Assembly: GCA_018303655.1 (NCBI GenBank)
Contig: JAGVXT010000023.1
Coordinates: 30,394 to 94,393 of the forward strand
Length of the DNA: 64,000 nt
Reading direction: 5' to 3'
DNA from: Candidatus Woesearchaeota archaeon
GTDB lineage: Archaea; Nanobdellota; Nanobdellia; Woesearchaeales; GW2011-AR4
The position numbers and the translations under genes are program-made. Positions 59,643-64,000 of this stretch are shown here, in pieces (within the stretch, counting starts at the first letter, position 1; every line of letters starts with the position of its first letter). Under the pieces are notes generated by a model. It was not told where the DNA came from. It did not search any database and was given only the letters and a program-made list of their open reading frames with translations.

Positions 59643-59873
59643 TCAACTGTATTTTTTGAATCCTAAGCTTGTTGCTATTTCCCTGAAGCATGTCCTGCAA
59701 ACCCCCAGCCCATATTTGCTTATGTGTCCTCCGGGCCTGCCGCAGCGCCTGCATTTTTTTGTTGCTCTTCCGTATTTTCTCGGCTTTGGGGCATTGTGTT
59801 TTATGTATTTCTGCATCTTGACAGGCTTTGATTTCAGCTGCTTGAACACTTTCCTGTAGTCGCTGTAGGTCAT
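59643..59873 (-). CDS. rps14: Ribosomal protein uS14
   Basis: CRRC...CRTCFRE...GFKKY. Confidence 0.93.
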   Translation of the reverse strand: MTYSDYRKVFKQLKSKPVKMQKYIKHNAPKPRKYGRATKKCRRCGRPGGHISKYGLGVCRTCFREIATSLGFKKYS

Positions 59874-60392
59874 CTACTCAGCCTCCACTTTTGTATTGAA
59901 ATTGCTTGCCATGAAGTCTATTGCTTCCTGCTTGGATATCCTGTGCCTTAACGGTATTTTTCTCTGCAGCAATTTTCGCCTCTTGATTCTGAAGCCCGGC
60001 CTTTCAAGAGTCACGCAGACCTCAAGCCCCATTATGCCGATTTTTGGATCATATTTTACACCAGGGATCTCTATGTATTCGTGGATTCCAAAAGCGATGT
60101 TGCCGTTTTGATCAAATTGCCTTTCCATAAGCTTGTTTTCAACAGCTTCCAGCAATCTTGGAAGTATTTTAATTATATTTGCTTTTCTTAAGGTGAGCTT
60201 GCAGCCTATTGGCAATCCTGGCCTAAGCCCCCATTCCTGGATTCTTTTGCTTGTTATTGTTTTTATAGGAGTTGTGTTGGTGATTGCCTTGAGCAGCATT
60301 ATTCCTTTCTCTAGCCTTGCCTGATCTTTGCCAGCGCCGATATTCAATGTTACTTTCTCTACCTTGATGTTTTTCATATTGTGCATCTTCAT
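59874..60392 (-). CDS. rpl5: Ribosomal protein uL5
   Basis: KVTLNIG, IGCKLTLR, YDPKIGIMG. Confidence 0.95.
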   Translation of the reverse strand: MKMHNMKNIKVEKVTLNIGAGKDQARLEKGIMLLKAITNTTPIKTITSKRIQEWGLRPGLPIGCKLTLRKANIIKILPRLLEAVENKLMERQFDQNGNIAFGIHEYIEIPGVKYDPKIGIMGLEVCVTLERPGFRIKRRKLLQRKIPLRHRISKQEAIDFMASNFNTKVEAE

Positions 60393-61078
60393 CCAAGAGT
60401 GATTGATGTATTGCTGTCCCCAACAACAAAAGCGTACTTCTTTGAGGTTTCAATCAAATCCCCTTTTGAGTCTTTGTAGATTACCTTGTCTTCAACAATA
60501 TTTTCAACATTGCCAATTTCCCCTATGTGCTTTCCGCCTGCCAAAAATATTGTTGAGTTCTTGCCAAGCTTAATGTGCTTGCTTATTTTATCCTGGGGCA
60601 ATGCCAGCAGCAGAGTGTCGCCTACCTTGTATGTGCCATCATCAGCGAATATGTTCTTGCCATCGAATAAGTTTAACTGAAGTTTTCCCCTTACCATTGT
60701 CTTTCCTATAATTTTGCAGGGTTTTAGCAAAGCCTCTTCCTTCTTTATCTTTATTATGCCCAGCTTGCCCTTTTTGTTTAGCACAATCCTGAAAAATTCG
60801 TTTGTGTTTGTGAACTCAATTGTATCAAAAATGCCGACAGGAAATCTAAAATTTTTTCTTGTTTTTCCGTCTATTTTGATGTCATTGGTATTCAGGATTT
60901 TTTTTGCCTCTCTTGTTGTGACTGCGTAATTCAGGATTTCTTTAAGCAGTATGTTAAGGGATGTTCCTGTCTCCAGGCTGTGCGGCCCTGGCATGGGCTT
61001 TGTTATATATTTGATTTTCTTTCTCTTTACGTGCCATGTTTTTGGCGCTGCCAATCTTTTAATGTGGTCTTTGCCCAT
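60389..61078 (-). CDS. rps4e: Ribosomal protein eS4
   Basis: HIKRLAAP, PGPH, GGKHIG. Confidence 0.95.
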   Translation of the reverse strand: MGKDHIKRLAAPKTWHVKRKKIKYITKPMPGPHSLETGTSLNILLKEILNYAVTTREAKKILNTNDIKIDGKTRKNFRFPVGIFDTIEFTNTNEFFRIVLNKKGKLGIIKIKKEEALLKPCKIIGKTMVRGKLQLNLFDGKNIFADDGTYKVGDTLLLALPQDKISKHIKLGKNSTIFLAGGKHIGEIGNVENIVEDKVIYKDSKGDLIETSKKYAFVVGDSNTSITLG

Positions 61079-61079
61079 T

Positions 61080-61457
61080 TTATTTTCTCTCCAATGCTTT
61101 CTGCCTCATTTTGTCATCCAAGTTTAATTCTGTGATTATCAAGTTTGAGGGGTGCAGCGCAAGCTGTTTTTTTGTCCCGTCTCTTTTTGTGAGCTCTGCC
61201 CCGCTGACAAAAACCCTTGTTTTTTTAAGGTCGACCCTTTCAATCTTTCCTTCATGCTTTTTGAATTTGCCATGCATTATTTTTACCTTGTCTCCTTTTC
61301 TTACTCCAGCGCTTCTCTTGCCATATTTCTTCCTCAAGTCTTTTGAGATGTGTGATTGAATGAATTTTTGCTTGATGTGCAACGGAGCATTTAACCTGTA
61401 TTTTCTCTGTTTTCTCGGCTTCCTGCTGCTTTTCCACATGCTTGAAAATTTTTCCAT
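61080..61457 (-). CDS. rpl24: Ribosomal protein uL24
   Basis: PRKQRK, APLH, RKGDKV, HPSN. Confidence 0.94.
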   Translation of the reverse strand: MEKFSSMWKSSRKPRKQRKYRLNAPLHIKQKFIQSHISKDLRKKYGKRSAGVRKGDKVKIMHGKFKKHEGKIERVDLKKTRVFVSGAELTKRDGTKKQLALHPSNLIITELNLDDKMRQKALERK

Positions 61458-61465
61458 ATTAATCC

Positions 61466-61867
61466 CTAAACCACTATGCTGGCTATTTTTGCGATTGCCG
61501 GCCACCTCTCGCATGCCTCTTTTGCAATTGCCCCCTTGAATATCGTGCCCTTTGGATTTCCTTTGTTGTCTTTAAGCACAACTGCTGAGTTGTCCTCAAA
61601 TTTTATTCTTGTCCCGTCCACCCTTCTATATTCCTTTTTCTGCCTCACAATAACCGCAAACACAACCTGTTTTCTGATATCGGGCCTGCCGCTTAGCACA
61701 GACGCCATAACCAGGTCACCAACTCCACAGCTTGATATCCTTCCCTTGACTGTTTTTGATCCCACAACAGTAAAAATTCTGATTATCTTTGCCCCGGAGT
61801 TGTCGCATGTCTCAAGTCTGCACCCTACTGGAAGGGCCTTTGTGACTCTAGATTTGATTGGCTGCAT
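61466..61867 (-). CDS. rpl14: Ribosomal protein uL14
   Basis: DNSGAK, VGD, FEDNS, PKGT. Confidence 0.95.
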   Translation of the reverse strand: MQPIKSRVTKALPVGCRLETCDNSGAKIIRIFTVVGSKTVKGRISSCGVGDLVMASVLSGRPDIRKQVVFAVIVRQKKEYRRVDGTRIKFEDNSAVVLKDNKGNPKGTIFKGAIAKEACERWPAIAKIASIVV

Positions 61868-62300
61868 TTATTTCTCCTTTGGATTTAACTTCATCTTCTG
61901 TTTTTGCTGTTATCTTTATTTTTCCAGATTCCCTTGCTTCCATTTTCTCCTTGAATCCTTTCTCAATACCTATATTTTCTATGATGACAAAATTCTTAGT
62001 TTTGCTGAGGGGCCTGCATTCCATGATCCTCACTATGTTCCCGTCTTTTGCATTGATGCATTCCGGATTGTGCACTTTTAATTTCGTCCTTCTTTTTTCG
62101 TATCTCTCATATTTTTTCAGAAAGTGCAGCCTGTTGAACTCTATCACTGCTGTCTTCCTCATCTTTGTTGAGACAACTATGCCAGTGAACTGCCTTCCCC
62201 TGATGCTTAAATTGCCATGAAACGGGCATGCTGTGCTGCTGCATTTCTGCTTTGGCGCTTCCAGTGCAATTCCTATATTTCTTGATTCTGTTTTTGCCAT
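61848..62300 (-). CDS. rps17: Ribosomal protein uS17
   Basis: CPFHG, KYERYEKRR, ECRPLSKTK. Confidence 0.95.
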   Translation of the reverse strand: MAKTESRNIGIALEAPKQKCSSTACPFHGNLSIRGRQFTGIVVSTKMRKTAVIEFNRLHFLKKYERYEKRRTKLKVHNPECINAKDGNIVRIMECRPLSKTKNFVIIENIGIEKGFKEKMEARESGKIKITAKTEDEVKSKGEINAANQI

Positions 62301-62320
62301 TTTAGTGATATTCTGAAAAT

Positions 62321-62629
62321 TTATCTTATTTCAACGCTGCTTGGGGCAAATCCGTGCCTAATCAAAATTTTTTTTGCCTTTTGCTTGTGCTCGCCCTGAA
62401 GCTCTATTTTTCCGCCCTTTGTTGTGCCGCCGCACGCAAGCTCTGATTTAAGCTTCTTCGCCAGGTCCTTCAGGTCTATTTCCTTCTCGTCAATGCCTTC
62501 AACAATGGTGTAAAATTTGTTGAATTTTTTCTTCTCAACATAGACCAGTATTTTCTGGCTTTCTTTTGCTATAGTCTCGCATACACACAGCTCTTTCACC
62601 AAGCCGCAAATCTGGCATATTTCACTCAT
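62321..62629 (-). CDS. Translation initiation factor aIF1 (SUI1)
   Basis: CQICGL...LCVC, LACGGT, IELQGEH. Confidence 0.94.
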   Translation of the reverse strand: MSEICQICGLVKELCVCETIAKESQKILVYVEKKKFNKFYTIVEGIDEKEIDLKDLAKKLKSELACGGTTKGGKIELQGEHKQKAKKILIRHGFAPSSVEIR

Positions 62630-62859
62630 TCCTTTTTACTTCCTCCTTTGTTTTGTTTTTTGCTTTTGATGTGTGCCTTCTCATTATTTATGCTTAATAT
62701 CTTTGCAATTGTTCTTTTTATCTCCCTTACCTTGCCTGGGCTTTTTGGCACAGTTCCTGTTGCAATCTGCGAATTGATCTTCATTAATTCCTTTTTCAGG
62801 TCAGCCAGCTTGATGCTGGTGTCCAATTCATTCATCAGCCTTAGTTCCTTCGCTTTCAT
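62626..62859 (-). CDS. rpl29: Ribosomal protein uL29
   Basis: KAKELR, PGKVREIKRTIAKIL. Confidence 0.92.
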   Translation of the reverse strand: MKAKELRLMNELDTSIKLADLKKELMKINSQIATGTVPKSPGKVREIKRTIAKILSINNEKAHIKSKKQNKGGSKKE

Positions 62860-63565
62860 CTTTTTTTGCTTCTTTTTTTCTTTTTCTTTTCGGTCTGGTT
62901 TTTTTTGCTTCTTCTTTTGGCGTTTCTTCCTTTGCTTTTTCTTTTATTTCCTCAACGATTAATTCTTTTTGCTCAACTAACTGTATGTCGTCCGGCAGTT
63001 TGATGTCAGGAGGCATTATGCTCACTTTGATGCCTATTATGCCTGTTTTTAATTTGGCCTGTGCATTGGCTTTTCTGACACCCATTATCGCTATGTCGCC
63101 GCATTTTTTTAAGTATCCTGAGTAAAAACGCCATGACTTGGCTCTTGCGCTTGGCACTTTACCGCTTACAACAATCTCTATGCCAAGGGCCCCTGACCTC
63201 ATTACTTCAGTCATTATCTTGTGGCCAACGGCCTTGAATTTTTCAGATCCGAATCTCTCCAATGCATCAACAATCTTCTCTGCCACTATGTTTGCATCCA
63301 GACTTGGATTTTCCACTTCACTTATTTCTATCTGCGGATTTTCCAGGCTAAACCTCTTTTTCAGGGTCTTTGTGAGCTGCTTTATGTTTTGCCCTTTCCT
63401 TCCGACAATTAAGCCTGGTCGTGATGCAAAGATTATTATTTTTTCTCCTAATGGGGTTTTAACCATTTTTGTGTGGCTGTGACCAACATTCTCCAAGTTC
63501 TGTGTTATATACTCCTGTATCTGGAATTCTTTCATTTTTTGCGCGACAAATTTTCTCTCAATCAT
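62828..63565 (-). CDS. rps3: Ribosomal protein uS3
   Basis: TPLG, RPGLIVGRKG, SGK, GIIGIKV. Confidence 0.95.
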   Translation of the reverse strand: MIERKFVAQKMKEFQIQEYITQNLENVGHSHTKMVKTPLGEKIIIFASRPGLIVGRKGQNIKQLTKTLKKRFSLENPQIEISEVENPSLDANIVAEKIVDALERFGSEKFKAVGHKIMTEVMRSGALGIEIVVSGKVPSARAKSWRFYSGYLKKCGDIAIMGVRKANAQAKLKTGIIGIKVSIMPPDIKLPDDIQLVEQKELIVEEIKEKAKEETPKEEAKKTRPKRKRKKEAKKDESEGTKADE

Positions 63566-64000
63566 CTTTTCCCTGCTTTTTCTTTTTTCACTTTTTCCAT
63601 TGCCTTTGTTTTTGCCTTTTTATTAAATTCGTCTTTATTTGCCGTTTCCTCAACAATAATCTCGACATTTGTCCTTTTCATTCTTCTTCTGGATTTTCTT
63701 CCGAAATGCCATGTCTTTCCAGCTTTATGCGCGCTTACATGCACTATGGTTAAGTTTGATGTGTTCAAGCCTCTGAATTGCGCATTTGCCTCGACATTCT
63801 CAATCAGTTTGATGAATTCTTTGGATGCTTTTTCAGGATACCTTGCAGGCCCTATCTTCTTTTTGTGCCCCAAATCCCAGTTATATCTTTTGAAGGGGAT
63901 CGCTGACTTTTTTTTCACAACATTCTGCAGCATTTTTTTTGCATCATTAACATTTTTATTCCCTATAAACCTGCATATCTCAACGCTCTGTTTGAATGAA
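63562..64000 (-). CDS. rpl22: Ribosomal protein uL22, 5' end outside the window
   Basis: SFKQSVEIC, IPFKRY, RYPEKA, NAQFRGL. Confidence 0.93.
   Translation of the reverse strand, partial: SFKQSVEICRFIGNKNVNDAKKMLQNVVKKKSAIPFKRYNWDLGHKKKIGPARYPEKASKEFIKLIENVEANAQFRGLNTSNLTIVHVSAHKAGKTWHFGRKSRRRMKRTNVEIIVEETANKDEFNKKAKTKAMEKVKKEKAGKR

Noticed and set aside
51621..63700. Lys/Glu-rich extensions on eL14, uS5, eL32, uS3 and uL22 as novel domains
   Set aside because: Low-complexity tails with no support for a distinct function
55243..63753. Plus-strand ORFs antisense to ribosomal genes, and similar shadow ORFs across the window
   Set aside because: Antisense shadows of well-supported genes

Overview
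Archaeal chromosomal segment, most consistent with a DPANN lineage (Woesearchaeota-like). The basis is archaeal-type informational genes, a PriS-PriL fused primase and a reduced S10-spc operon. The core content is DNA/RNA processing (Hef, Hjc, RNase Z, EndA, FEN1, RFC, pelota), aminoacyl-tRNA synthetases, a peptidase cluster, transketolase, Acs and a long ribosomal protein/secY operon. The most notable items are: (1) a bacterial-type fatty-acyl/ACP/PlsC fusion next to AcpS and an MFS transporter; (2) a surface cluster of three paralogous lipoproteins plus a 1202-aa membrane protein with a lytic transglycosylase-like domain; (3) a Phe/Tyr-rich leader peptide with alternative pairings upstream of aroK-pheS-pheT, a candidate attenuator; (4) a family of intergenic 3-nt-loop hairpin elements with compensatory changes; (5) an identical 14-bp motif 10 bp upstream of the TATA boxes of two nuclease-like genes; (6) a box C/D-like sRNA; (7) a frameshifted TrmB gene. 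I saw no tRNA, rRNA, CRISPR array or transposase. All calls come from reading motifs by eye; no searches were run.
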